A stretch of 54,012 bases of DNA from a virus: the UHGV virus genome UHGV-0393070. The stretch is one strand, 5' to 3'. Positions 35,121-45,153 of this stretch are shown here, piece after piece (within the stretch, counting starts at the first letter, position 1; each line of letters opens with the position of its first letter). The position numbers were made by a program, and so were the translations under genes. The notes beneath the pieces were generated by a model, which ran no database searches, was not told where the DNA came from, and saw nothing but the letters and a program-made list of their open reading frames with translations.

Positions 35121-38100
35121 ATGGCTGAGAGCGCTGGCGGAATTTATTACGACATTGAGATGGATGTGCAAGGGCTTCTCGTTGCACAGCAGCGCGTTAA
35201 TCAGCGCCTGGATATGATGGAGCGCGGTTTCGACGGCACTACACGCGCCGTGAACAACACTGAGCGTTCTATGTCCAGCCTGTCAGGCGTGGCTGTTGCT
35301 TTGGCTGCCGCTCTTTCTGTGAAGCAGGTTTCAGAATATGCCGATGCTTGGGCAACAGTAAATAACAAGCTATCAAACTCAGTAAGGCCCACAGAGCAGT
35401 TAGCAGATGTTACGCAGCGTGTTTTTGATGTCACTCAGTCAACAAGAAGTAGCCTTGATGCAACCGCCACACTGTACGCAAGACTGGAAAGAGGAACGCG
35501 GCAGTACAATACATCAGCAGAAGATTTGGCAAAACTCACCACGATAATTAACCAAGGTTTTGTCGTTTCTGGCGCAACAGCACAAGAGGCTGAAAATGCC
35601 ATCATCCAACTATCACAGGGGATAGCCTCTGGCGTGCTGAGGGGTGAAGAATTCAACTCAGTTGCTGAGCAGGGTAGCCGCCTCATGGTTGCCCTGGCTG
35701 ATTCTTTGGGGGTTGGTATTGGCGAACTGCGCGCGATGGCTGCGCAAGGGAAGTTGACCACCGATGTGGTGGTAAATGGACTGCTTTCTCAGGGCACGGC
35801 GATAGGAAAAGAATTTGCCAATACCACGACGACGATCAGCCAGGCACTGCAGGTTGCTGGTAACAACGTAACTAAATTCTTTGGCGAAAACTCTACCGTA
35901 AAAACTGGCGCCGCTATTTTTAATGATGCAGTTGTGACTGCAAGTGAGAACATAGGCGTTCTGAGCGCTGCATTAACTGCTGCAGCGGCAATTATGGGAA
36001 GCCGCTATGTCGGCGCATTGACAATGTCTGCCGCCTCTCAGATCCAGTCTGCTTTGGCGGCCCAGCGTCAGGCCACTGCCAATGCCCAGGCCGCTCAGTC
36101 TGCGCTAATAGCTGCTACGTCAGTGAAGAGAAAGGCGGTTGCAGACAAAGAGGCGGCTTTGTCCTCCCTTGCCTTAGCGCAGGCAGAATATAATGTGGCC
36201 AAGGGTAGCGCAGCTGAAATGCTTGCGCTGGATGCATTAATTGCAGCTAAATCAAGAGCAAGTGCAGCATCATTGTCTTTGGCGCAGGCAGAAACTGCAC
36301 AAGCCGCGGCATCTGCACGAGCAGCAACTGCAGCAAGTGCTGCCTCGGTAGGTATAGGCCTTGCGCGTGGGGCGCTTTCTTTGATTGGTGGTCCTGGTGG
36401 CGCTGCCATGCTGGCAGCATCAGCCATTTTCTACTTCTGGCAGAAAGCTCAACAAGCCAGAGAGGAGGCGCTCCGCTTTGCCGATAGTCTGGACAAAGTA
36501 AACGCCTCAATGAAGGCGATGAATAATACCCAACTCAGGGGCACCATCGCCGATGCTAACGAGTCTATTAGAGCGCAGAAAGATGAAATTTCCGATCTGC
36601 AGGCGGAGGTTGACTCTTTAAGTTCTAGATATCGTAATTTCACCCCAGAAGCTCAAGCTGTAGCTGAATCATTGGGCCAAGGAGCTGATTTTGCCCGTCA
36701 GCAGGCTGAGGTTTCTGACCAGTTAGCCAAGAAATCAAGGGATCTTGCCAACGCTCAAGATAAGTTGGCGCAAACTCAGGAAACTGCGGCTGAAGCCAAC
36801 AGAACATTAACAAACAACATGCTCACTTCAATGGGTGTGCATGATGGGCTGATCCAAAAGGGTTGGTCACTTGAGCAGGTGCAGAGCGCGGTTGCGAAGG
36901 CTTTCGGCAACACGGCTGATGAAATAAACCGAGCAAATCAGGCTGGGCAAAACTTCAACCCCAAAGCGCTGCAGGTATCTCCTCCTACCGCTGATGGCGA
37001 CAAAGTAATTCTTAACCTCGAAGAGCAGAACGAGTTACTGAAAATTCAAGACGATCGCCAAAGAGCAGTGACAAAAGCCAGGATGCAGGCGGCGAAGGTT
37101 ACTGACAACCCAAACCAGATATCAAAAGCTGGCGATCTGGCGGGGGAAAACTTTGATCTGCAAAAATCTGAAGAGGCGCGCAAGGAGGCGCAAAGGAAGA
37201 GTGAGCAGCAGGATAAGCGTTCTGCCACTGCTGCAGAATCGGTAGCGCAGAAGCTCGATAAGCTACGAGCAGCACAGGATCTATCCACGGAGTCTGCCGA
37301 AAAGCGCCGCATCCAGGAAGCTGGCTTGCGTGCCGAGCAATCACTTGGAAGCGGAGCAACGCAGAAGCAACTGAATGAGGCAAGAGCGCTTGGTGAAGCA
37401 AATGAACGTGCCGCGCTATCCATTCAGAAGCGCAAAGAGGCTGAGCAGGGACAGAAGTACGCCAAGCAGGAGATAGCTTCCGCGCAAACTACTGTTGACC
37501 CTTCAACTGGACAGGCAGTTGATCCACTGGCACAGATTAATTTGCAGGAGCAACAAAAACTTGAGGCCCTAGCTAAGTACCAGGAAATTGATAAGCAAAA
37601 CACCCAACTGTACGAGGACGCTAAAACTGCAATCATGCAGCAGGCCTCATACCAACGTCAGGCCATCCTTCTGCAGGAGCAACAGACCTATCAGCAGAAT
37701 GTGAGTTCGCTTTTAGGAGAATCGTCGAATTTTGCTGGCTCCCTGGCGGATGCGATAGGTCAAGCAGCAGGGAAGTCGAGTGCGGCATATCAAGCGCTTT
37801 TCGCTATTAGTAAAGGGTTTGCGATTGCACAGGCGTCCTTGAATCTTCAGACCGCTATCAGTAATGCCATGGCTATCCCGTGGCCCGCCAATATTCCTGC
37901 TATAGCGCAAGCATTGTCTGCTGGCACGCAGATAGTTAGCGCCATAAGCGGGATAAACTATAGTGGCGGCCGTAAGAATGGAGGCCCGGTATCATCCGGC
38001 AATATTTATCCTGTCGGTGAAGACAACCTTCCGGAATTCGTGCAGACCAATAAGGGTCTTTTCATGATACCCGGTGATGATGGCCGGGTATTCAGCAATA

Positions 38101-38399
38101 AAGACGTTACTAGCGGATCACCCAGCATCAAGAAGGCCTCAACTGGCAGTGAATATGTATCAAGCTCGAAGAACAGCGCATCGCAGAGTGACTCCGGTGG
38201 CGGCAAGCAGATTCAGGTTAATGTTCAGTTTTACGACCAGACCTCCGGCGGGCAGCATTCATTTGAGGCTCAGGCAATGCAAGAAGGTAATGTAGTGACG
38301 GTTGATGCGTTCTTAAACGATCTTGACCGTGGTGGACCGATGACATCTGGTATCAAAGACCGGTTCGGGCTTTCTGTAAAAGCCAACGGCGCATACTAA
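35121..38399 (+). CDS. Tail tape measure protein
   Basis: A 1092-aa protein that is Ala/Gln-rich with long coiled-coil-like repeats. Size and position are classic for a TMP. Confidence 0.85.
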   Translation: MAESAGGIYYDIEMDVQGLLVAQQRVNQRLDMMERGFDGTTRAVNNTERSMSSLSGVAVALAAALSVKQVSEYADAWATVNNKLSNSVRPTEQLADVTQRVFDVTQSTRSSLDATATLYARLERGTRQYNTSAEDLAKLTTIINQGFVVSGATAQEAENAIIQLSQGIASGVLRGEEFNSVAEQGSRLMVALADSLGVGIGELRAMAAQGKLTTDVVVNGLLSQGTAIGKEFANTTTTISQALQVAGNNVTKFFGENSTVKTGAAIFNDAVVTASENIGVLSAALTAAAAIMGSRYVGALTMSAASQIQSALAAQRQATANAQAAQSALIAATSVKRKAVADKEAALSSLALAQAEYNVAKGSAAEMLALDALIAAKSRASAASLSLAQAETAQAAASARAATAASAASVGIGLARGALSLIGGPGGAAMLAASAIFYFWQKAQQAREEALRFADSLDKVNASMKAMNNTQLRGTIADANESIRAQKDEISDLQAEVDSLSSRYRNFTPEAQAVAESLGQGADFARQQAEVSDQLAKKSRDLANAQDKLAQTQETAAEANRTLTNNMLTSMGVHDGLIQKGWSLEQVQSAVAKAFGNTADEINRANQAGQNFNPKALQVSPPTADGDKVILNLEEQNELLKIQDDRQRAVTKARMQAAKVTDNPNQISKAGDLAGENFDLQKSEEARKEAQRKSEQQDKRSATAAESVAQKLDKLRAAQDLSTESAEKRRIQEAGLRAEQSLGSGATQKQLNEARALGEANERAALSIQKRKEAEQGQKYAKQEIASAQTTVDPSTGQAVDPLAQINLQEQQKLEALAKYQEIDKQNTQLYEDAKTAIMQQASYQRQAILLQEQQTYQQNVSSLLGESSNFAGSLADAIGQAAGKSSAAYQALFAISKGFAIAQASLNLQTAISNAMAIPWPANIPAIAQALSAGTQIVSAISGINYSGGRKNGGPVSSGNIYPVGEDNLPEFVQTNKGLFMIPGDDGRVFSNKDVTSGSPSIKKASTGSEYVSSSKNSASQSDSGGGKQIQVNVQFYDQTSGGQHSFEAQAMQEGNVVTVDAFLNDLDRGGPMTSGIKDRFGLSVKANGAY

Positions 38400-38401
38400 A
38401 T

Positions 38402-38425
38402 CAACCCGCTTCGGCGGGTTCTTTA
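38402..38425 (+). terminator. Rho-independent terminator-like hairpin
   Basis: AACCCGCTTCGGCGGGTTCTTT immediately after the TMP stop. Confidence 0.5.
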
Positions 38426-38438
38426 ATGGGAGGGAATA

Positions 38439-38606
38439 TGAAATTTTGTGAATTACCGGAGCGAGTACAGGTACAGGCAGCTGAAAGGCTTTCTGATGAA
38501 CTACAGGGGATTGTGGCATGGAAAGAAGAAGAGAGAACGGAAAAAGCGAAGGCGATCGCCAAATCCGTTCGTGAAAGCTTTATTGCATTATGTGCCGATG
38601 ATTAGC
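38439..38606 (+). CDS. Small hypothetical protein (55 aa)
   Basis: MKFCELPERVQVQAAERLSDELQGIVAWKEEERTEKAKAIAKSVRESFIALCADD with a GGGAGGGAAT RBS. Not in the supplied track. Confidence 0.35.
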
Positions 38607-38772
38607 TCTTCTTCTCGTCGTCTTTAAAATGCTCGACAGCTTCATCATAGAGCGACAGCAGTCCAGAAATATTTGATGAGTAAACCGGAACACGTTGAGC
38701 CCTAACCAGCTCGATGATTAGTGCGTAGGCTGACTCTTCAGGGGAGTCTTTAGGGTTAATCAAACCAGACAT
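38603..38772 (-). CDS. Small hypothetical protein (56 aa), convergent with the preceding small ORF
   Basis: MSGLINPKDSPEESAYALIIELVRAQRVPVYSSNISGLLSLYDEAVEHFKDDEKKS with a GGAGG RBS 7 nt upstream. The two genes' stop codons abut (TAG at 38604..38606 and TAA at 38603..38605 share two bases). Confidence 0.35.
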
Positions 38773-38869
38773 AAAACCTCCTATGTTGTAGTGGTTTTAT
38801 CAGCCTAACCTGGCTCGGGGATACTTTATATCCTGATATTCGAACAGTGCCGCAGTCGCGGCTTTTTTA

Positions 38870-39361
38870 ATGCCCGGAGGACACGTGGCTACAGTTCAAT
38901 ACCCTCCGTTCTTGCCGCTTCCCCAGCGCGCCGATCAGAACATGACGCAGGATACAGCCTGGCAGACGACGCAGACGGCTGTCGGCCCTGCGATATTTAC
39001 CCCGATCACAACCGACCTGAAAGCGACCTGGACACTGCAATGGATATTCACACTGCAGCAGGCCGAGCGATTTAAGTCGTGGCTTCGCTCACCGACGTAT
39101 TGCGACCGGGGGCGTAACTGGTTCCAGATGCCGATCGACCTGGGCGATACACAGGGCGTGCAGCAGCAGACGCTTCACTTCGTCAGTATGCCGGTGCAGA
39201 CCAGCAAAAACGGCAGCATCGTTACCTGGACGGCGACGGTTATCAGCAACGGCATCGAGGATGTGACCGAGGATTACGACGACTGGATTGTTGAGGCGCA
39301 GCCTGGTTATGGCTACTGGCTGGATTATCTGGTGACCGAAGTTATGCCGAGGGCTGACTGA
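38870..39361 (+). CDS. Minor tail protein
   Basis: A 163-aa protein, the first gene of the distal tail block after the TMP. Called by position. Confidence 0.5.
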   Translation: MPGGHVATVQYPPFLPLPQRADQNMTQDTAWQTTQTAVGPAIFTPITTDLKATWTLQWIFTLQQAERFKSWLRSPTYCDRGRNWFQMPIDLGDTQGVQQQTLHFVSMPVQTSKNGSIVTWTATVISNGIEDVTEDYDDWIVEAQPGYGYWLDYLVTEVMPRAD

Positions 39362-39831
39362 TGCCGACATTGAGAGAGTGGAAGGAGCGGCGGCCGGCCA
39401 GCGATATCAAACAGACGGTGGAGTTTTACCATCCTGCTTTCGGCTATTACCGTGTTGTGAACAACCTGTTCCGCCCGGCGACGTTTGGCGGAAACTCGTT
39501 CGAGCCTGCACGGTTCAGCGTGACCGAGCCAGCGCAGGACGGAACGGCAGTTATATCCATGACGATCACCTTTGTCGCCGCGACGGAACATGTCCGGCAG
39601 ACACTGAAAAGCTGGCGCGGGGCAGCGCGCATGACGCCGATAAAGTGCCTGTATCAGCAGTGGAATGCGATCGGTGACGCATCATCCCTGAAAGACTGGA
39701 CGCTTTACGTGAACGACATTTCAGCCGATGCCAGCAATGTCACCGTGACCGCCGGCAAGACCAATCCACTAACACTAGCCAACTCCATCATTTACACCAC
39801 GAAAGACTATCCCGGGCTGATCACCGTATGA
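39361..39831 (+). CDS. Minor tail protein
   Basis: A 156-aa protein whose start overlaps the upstream stop (TGATG), within the distal tail block. Confidence 0.5.
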   Translation: MPTLREWKERRPASDIKQTVEFYHPAFGYYRVVNNLFRPATFGGNSFEPARFSVTEPAQDGTAVISMTITFVAATEHVRQTLKSWRGAARMTPIKCLYQQWNAIGDASSLKDWTLYVNDISADASNVTVTAGKTNPLTLANSIIYTTKDYPGLITV

Positions 39832-40223
39832 CGAAGAGTGAATTTATCGGGCTTGTTAACGGCAAGCCCTGGGCTAACCGCGCCTGCAGTTTTGAGCAGA
39901 TGGATTGTTGGGGCCTGGTGATTCTCTATTACCGGCATGTGCTGGGCCTGGAGTTACATCACATCGCCGGCTACGAATCGGGCGCGGATTTCATCACCTG
40001 CTACGAACAGGAGCACGCACACTGGCGGCGCGTGCCGGTGGCGACCACTGGATGCATCGCCGTTTTTTACCGCGGCGAAGTGCCGGCGCACATCGGGGTA
40101 ATGATCAGCCCGGTTAAGTGCCTGCATGCCCGCGGCGAATTCGGTTTCGTACGCTGCGACAGCCCGCTGGCCTTACTGAAGGTTTACAGCAAAGTGGAGT
40201 ACATGGTGCATGGTTCGATATGA
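39828..40223 (+). CDS. Tail-associated NlpC/P60-family peptidase
   Basis: A 131-aa protein with a Cys-His-His arrangement (DCWGLV .. H .. H) typical of NlpC/P60 phage tail peptidases (lambda gpK-like N-domain). Confidence 0.65.
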   Translation: MTKSEFIGLVNGKPWANRACSFEQMDCWGLVILYYRHVLGLELHHIAGYESGADFITCYEQEHAHWRRVPVATTGCIAVFYRGEVPAHIGVMISPVKCLHARGEFGFVRCDSPLALLKVYSKVEYMVHGSI

Positions 40224-42687
40224 ATTGCAGCGACTGCCCGGCGCGCCTAAGCAGTCAGGAACGGTAGAGACCGGAACCGCACTGGTGAGCCTTCTGGATT
40301 CTCTGCAGTTACACCGCGATGTGATCGTCAAACTGAATGGCCACGCGCTGCCGGACGACTACGATATCAGTCGGCCACTGAGTGCCGGTGACGTCGTGGC
40401 GGTGTTCGACCAGCCGGAGGGCGGAGTCGGAAAACTGGTCACCACAATATTGCGTCCGGTATCAAAAATTCTGTCCGGTGCGCTGAAGGTATTCGGCCTG
40501 TCAAACAAACCCAGCGCTTCGGTATCGGTGGCTACAGGCGAATCCCCTAACAACGACTTAACTGGCCAGACGAACCGCGCGCGACTCTACAAGGGGCGCC
40601 CGAACATTTACGGCCAGTGCCGGGTGTTTCCAGATTTGATTCAAGAAGCGCTATTCGAGTTCGTCGACAATAACAAACAACTTACTGAGTGGTTTGAAGT
40701 TGGTTACGGCCGGTACACCATTTCCTCGATCCGCTACTCGGAATCGAACCTCGGCAGCCTGGCGGGCGCCAGTTCTGCGATTTATAACCCGGGTGACGTG
40801 ATCGGCACGATTGAAGTCGGCTATCAGTTCGATGACGTCGATAACGAGACAGTCCCCGGCCTGAACGAAAGTCAGGACTTCCCGGCCCAGACAGCAACCA
40901 CGACGGCGCCGACATCGGTGGCGATCGAAAGTAATCAGCTCAAGGCTGTTGTTCTGTCGAACGACGATAACTTTGCCTACTTTGCAGCACTGGCGGTGCC
41001 GCACCCGGTTACGTTCGTCATCAATGCCACATGGAACGACGGCGGCACAAGCGTTACTCGAAACGTCACCGGCGCCGGGAATATCATCTCCTCGGAGAGC
41101 TTCATCGGCGAAGATACGCTTTCGTACACGACGTTTTATATCGGCGAACTATCGGGAGAAATTACGTCGCTGCCGGGCAACGCGGTTATCAACCCGACGC
41201 TGTTCACGCTTAATGACCAGACGCCGCTGGTTATTGGACCGTCAGTCTCGCCAATCGTCTCGACGCAGGTCTGGGTGCATGTGCTGGTTCAGCTCGGAGC
41301 GACTGCCGGCACAACGCAATACCGGATTAGCTTCTGGATGGTTGATGACGACAACAATCAGGTGCCGGGGACCTCAGAGCAGTACGATTATTTCTTCGAC
41401 AACGATTTTCAAGTCACCACACGTTACTTCAGAACGACGCATAAATTCACCCCGGCCGCAGGGGCTGGGCGCTATGCTGTGACCATCGAGCGCCTGGACA
41501 ACAGCAACGATGCCAACGTCGTAACGTTAATGGCGATCCACGCGGTAAACGTGCGGGAAAACGTCGTTTATCCTGAGGACACGATTGCACGCATCACGAT
41601 TAAGGGGTCGAACGACAGCAACTCAAACAGAGAGCAGAAGTACAACATGCTGGCGCAGCGTCACACCATCAGCTACGACCGGGCAACCGGCGCGGTGGAT
41701 TATACGCTGAGGCCGAGTCGTTCGTTTGCCGACGCTATCCTGCACGAGTGGGTTGTCGTAAGTAAGCAGGGCGTGGCAAGTATTGACGTCGCGGCTCTGT
41801 ATGCCATTGCCGATTCGCTGCCAGATGCTCAGCTTGGGTATTTCGATTACACCTTTTCTGATGAGAAGCAGCCGCTGGGTGAGCGTATAGCGACGATCGC
41901 CAATGTGGCCCGCGTAGACGGCAATAACATCGGCGATGTGCTGACGTTCTGGCGTGATGAGAAGGTGACAAACCCCGATGCTGTTTTCGCTCGCTCTAAC
42001 ATGTTCTGGGACGAGTACAAGGTTGCCTGGCAAATGTCTCTCCCCGGTGGTTATGACGGCGTGGCGCTGGACTACGTTGACCCTCTGACGAACAAAAAGG
42101 CGTACATTTACCTGCAGATCGACAGCAGCGGCATCACTGAAGTTGAAGATGCCACGGTTAACGCCATGCAGATCAGTCTGGATGGTTGCCGCAACTCCGC
42201 TCAGGCGACGGACCGGGCATGGCTGGAAGCGAGGAAAATCCTTTACTCGCGCCTCACAATGACTGTGAAAGTGCTGGAAGAAACGCAGGTAGTGCGAGGT
42301 ACGGTGGTTCAGTGTCCGGACCTGTACGACAACGCGCAGCAGACCGGATATATAACAGGACGTACCGGGGATGTGTTCTCGACGTCAGAGCGCATCGATT
42401 TTTCTCTCGGCGATATGTGGGTAGTGATGACAGACATTCTGGGAAATTATCGCGGTCGTTGGAGGGCTTATCCGGTAAGCGGCAAAGCCAAGGCATTCCA
42501 GGCTGCAGCTGATACCTTCGATCTCAACATTTATGACCGCTCTACGGTGCAAAACCCAAGTAGATATTTCATCGCTATCGACTCAGAACTGAACTCCACG
42601 ATCTGGCGCGTGGACAGTGCTAAGCACAACGGTGATGACACTCAAACCCTCTCACTCACTGAGTATTCAGACTCGATTTATCCGTAA
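40210..42687 (+). CDS. Tail tip / host-specificity protein (J-like central fiber)
   Basis: An 825-aa protein whose N-terminal ~100 aa resemble a tail assembly protein I-like ubiquitin-fold region. It follows the NlpC/P60 gene as in lambda K-I-J order. Confidence 0.55.
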   Translation: MVRYELQRLPGAPKQSGTVETGTALVSLLDSLQLHRDVIVKLNGHALPDDYDISRPLSAGDVVAVFDQPEGGVGKLVTTILRPVSKILSGALKVFGLSNKPSASVSVATGESPNNDLTGQTNRARLYKGRPNIYGQCRVFPDLIQEALFEFVDNNKQLTEWFEVGYGRYTISSIRYSESNLGSLAGASSAIYNPGDVIGTIEVGYQFDDVDNETVPGLNESQDFPAQTATTTAPTSVAIESNQLKAVVLSNDDNFAYFAALAVPHPVTFVINATWNDGGTSVTRNVTGAGNIISSESFIGEDTLSYTTFYIGELSGEITSLPGNAVINPTLFTLNDQTPLVIGPSVSPIVSTQVWVHVLVQLGATAGTTQYRISFWMVDDDNNQVPGTSEQYDYFFDNDFQVTTRYFRTTHKFTPAAGAGRYAVTIERLDNSNDANVVTLMAIHAVNVRENVVYPEDTIARITIKGSNDSNSNREQKYNMLAQRHTISYDRATGAVDYTLRPSRSFADAILHEWVVVSKQGVASIDVAALYAIADSLPDAQLGYFDYTFSDEKQPLGERIATIANVARVDGNNIGDVLTFWRDEKVTNPDAVFARSNMFWDEYKVAWQMSLPGGYDGVALDYVDPLTNKKAYIYLQIDSSGITEVEDATVNAMQISLDGCRNSAQATDRAWLEARKILYSRLTMTVKVLEETQVVRGTVVQCPDLYDNAQQTGYITGRTGDVFSTSERIDFSLGDMWVVMTDILGNYRGRWRAYPVSGKAKAFQAAADTFDLNIYDRSTVQNPSRYFIAIDSELNSTIWRVDSAKHNGDDTQTLSLTEYSDSIYP

Positions 42688-42767
42688 CACATAGCATTAA
42701 CTACCAACTATCGCGCACAACACCAGATGAATTTCTGAGGTGTTCGTGCGCCTTTACACAGGGCGAC

Positions 42768-44726
42768 ATGCACATGGCAGAAGTTCCACTTCCAACCCCG
42801 ACACAGTCTCCGGTGCCAAGCACCGATATCCGAAACGCGGTATTTGCAGGCGCAAAGCTTGACGAAGAGGTAACCGGAACTGCGGATTTTTATACCGACC
42901 GTTTTGGCGTAAAGCATCTTACAAATAACGGTAGGAGCAATCAGTTCCAGCAATTTTTACTGTCGTCAGGATATGTTTTCCTTGGGGACTATGAAGATGG
43001 CCCATATCAGTTTGGCGCACGAAACCAATATATCCGATACGATAACCAATATTATCGGCTCAATGCCTCGACTGATGTTGGTTTTACGACAACAGGGACG
43101 AACGATGCCAGCTTTCAGAATGATGTCACTCATTTTGTTTTAATGGATGGAGATACGCTTAGACAAAACCTGGCGGCATCGTCTGGATTAAGCCTAATTG
43201 GAGGGTTGGGATACGTCACGCCGCAGATGTATGGAGCCATACCAGGAAGTAGTACTGTTGATAATACTGTGGCAATGCAATCGGCCATTAATGCTGCGAG
43301 TGGCAAAGTTCTAGATCTGCGTGGCGGGCCATGGCGTGTATCTGCAACGCTCGATTTTACCAGTTTACGCGGGATAATTACTGATTATACCGGAAGGATA
43401 TTAGTAAACCCCGTTGGGTTTTCCGCTCTTCATTCTCGTAAATTTGCGGTTACATTCGGCAACCCTGACACTCCTTTTGGGTCAAATCGGTGTAACCATT
43501 TCACTTGCATAGGATACCTTTTAGTTGAGTCAGATAATCGTGATGCTGAACTTAGCGGAGTCTATATTAAAGGTGCCCTAATGAGTTTCGGGAGCATTCG
43601 TGCCACCAGGTTTAATGGTCACGGACTGCGAGCCGATGCGTGGTGGGATTCCTCAGTTGCATCCATTTCTTACGAATTATGTGGGAATACATCTTTATAC
43701 GCACTGGACTTAAACCCCTATGGGGATACTTCTAACTGTTTATTTATTGGTAGGATTCAGGTTGAACAGGCGTATCACAAACAAATGAACATTAATATTA
43801 TTAGGTCTGTGATAGGGTCAATACACTCTGAGCGACTAAAGATATTAACGTTGGATGACGGCACTACAGGATTACCGTCTGGCCTAACATATCAAAACAC
43901 AAATATAAACATAACCAATACTACAATTGGTCAAATGATTTTAGATGCTGCGGAAGATACTGCAGCTGGGACGGTTAGCGTTAATCCTTCCGTCAGATTA
44001 AATTTATATGAGAGCGAGGTAAGTAGCTTTTATCTAGCGACAAGTGTTGTTTCAAGTACATTCGGACAAAACGGGGTTGTTAAATCGTCTTCGTTCTATA
44101 AATATTACAACCCATCATACTCGGTAACGATGATCGGTTGCCGAGTCACGCGAACAGCAGGAGATGGTCTAGCAGTAGTCGGCGGCTCGGGCTTTTTGGC
44201 CCTTAATTGCACCTTTGATACTTTCACGCCGGACTATAACTCTTCTGGAATAACGTTACAAAAATGCACCATAAATGCCACCTATAACTCGACAAATACC
44301 GGGGTTTCAGGGGTCGTATTTGATCAGACTACGTTTAACGGCAACGTAAGCGGAACCGGTCCGACTGAGGTCTCCAAACCTACTGAATTCAGGTCCTGCA
44401 ATATCCTTGGCACCTTTTCAGGGACATTTCAACACAGGGCAATCATAAAAGGTGGATATATTAATGCGGTGTCTCTTGTATCAAGAGCCTATGCTGAGTT
44501 TGAATCAGTTAAAGGTGGATCGTTTACGTACACCGGAGACAGGGCTTTTGTGACTCGCGGATGTAGTTTCACAACTGTAACTTTCTGGGGGCCGCCAACA
44601 TTTGGAGCCTACAAGGTGGGCCAAAGGACTCAAAGGATAGGTGCCATGCCATCAGGAACTGGAGTTGAGTATGTTAACACTACTGATGCAGGTGCTAATT
44701 TTGTCGCAATTTCTACTATTCCATAA
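42768..44726 (+). CDS. Tailspike/tail fiber with beta-helix region (putative polysaccharide depolymerase)
   Basis: A 652-aa protein. The N-terminal ~150 aa look like a conserved adaptor. The rest is rich in Asn/Thr/Gly/Ser repeats (..NxT.. motifs, TFGNPDT, NCTFDTF, QKCTINATYNSTNTG) typical of right-handed beta-helix depolymerase domains. Confidence 0.65.
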   Translation: MHMAEVPLPTPTQSPVPSTDIRNAVFAGAKLDEEVTGTADFYTDRFGVKHLTNNGRSNQFQQFLLSSGYVFLGDYEDGPYQFGARNQYIRYDNQYYRLNASTDVGFTTTGTNDASFQNDVTHFVLMDGDTLRQNLAASSGLSLIGGLGYVTPQMYGAIPGSSTVDNTVAMQSAINAASGKVLDLRGGPWRVSATLDFTSLRGIITDYTGRILVNPVGFSALHSRKFAVTFGNPDTPFGSNRCNHFTCIGYLLVESDNRDAELSGVYIKGALMSFGSIRATRFNGHGLRADAWWDSSVASISYELCGNTSLYALDLNPYGDTSNCLFIGRIQVEQAYHKQMNINIIRSVIGSIHSERLKILTLDDGTTGLPSGLTYQNTNINITNTTIGQMILDAAEDTAAGTVSVNPSVRLNLYESEVSSFYLATSVVSSTFGQNGVVKSSSFYKYYNPSYSVTMIGCRVTRTAGDGLAVVGGSGFLALNCTFDTFTPDYNSSGITLQKCTINATYNSTNTGVSGVVFDQTTFNGNVSGTGPTEVSKPTEFRSCNILGTFSGTFQHRAIIKGGYINAVSLVSRAYAEFESVKGGSFTYTGDRAFVTRGCSFTTVTFWGPPTFGAYKVGQRTQRIGAMPSGTGVEYVNTTDAGANFVAISTIP

Positions 44727-44735
44727 GGTATGTAA

Positions 44736-44963
44736 ATGGAGATCGTAAGCTACGAAGGCTTTTATTTAGTTAAAAGCAATGGTGATTTTATTGGTGGGCA
44801 ATATGATTCAGAATTATCAGCATCATATGCCATTGAAAAGCTAGACGCTCGCCTGGCTGAGGAGTTGTGGTCAAAGAAAGTGTCTAGACAAAATGAATCA
44901 CCAACAAAATATATATCAGTAGATGATATTGATAGTTACTTACTGGAAGCATATATAACATGA
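44736..44963 (+). CDS. Small hypothetical protein (75 aa) downstream of tailspike
   Basis: An AT-rich ORF 10 nt after the tailspike stop. Confidence 0.35.
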   Translation: MEIVSYEGFYLVKSNGDFIGGQYDSELSASYAIEKLDARLAEELWSKKVSRQNESPTKYISVDDIDSYLLEAYIT

Positions 44964-45153
44964 TTGGCGAAATATAAATTAAATTATGTGATTAATATAA
45001 TATGTTTAACGAAATGAATTTGTACGAATAATGCAATTTCATTTCGTTACCCTTTCTCAAAATATATCTATGGTGAGCCATAAATTAGGGTATATTGATC
45101 TGTTGTGCGTTGTGTAGTAAAATAGTCGCAAAATCAACCACATAATAACACCC

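Noticed and set aside
35201-37636. Multiple antisense and alternative-frame ORFs inside the tape measure gene
   Set aside because: The Ala/Gln-rich repetitive GC-rich sequence produces long spurious frames. The TMP frame is continuous for 1092 codons.
40359-42512. Alternative-frame and antisense ORFs inside the tail tip gene (e.g. 40949..41482, 41623..42033)
   Set aside because: They are nested within a long structural gene and have no RBS/start context or low-complexity Arg/Ser-rich products.
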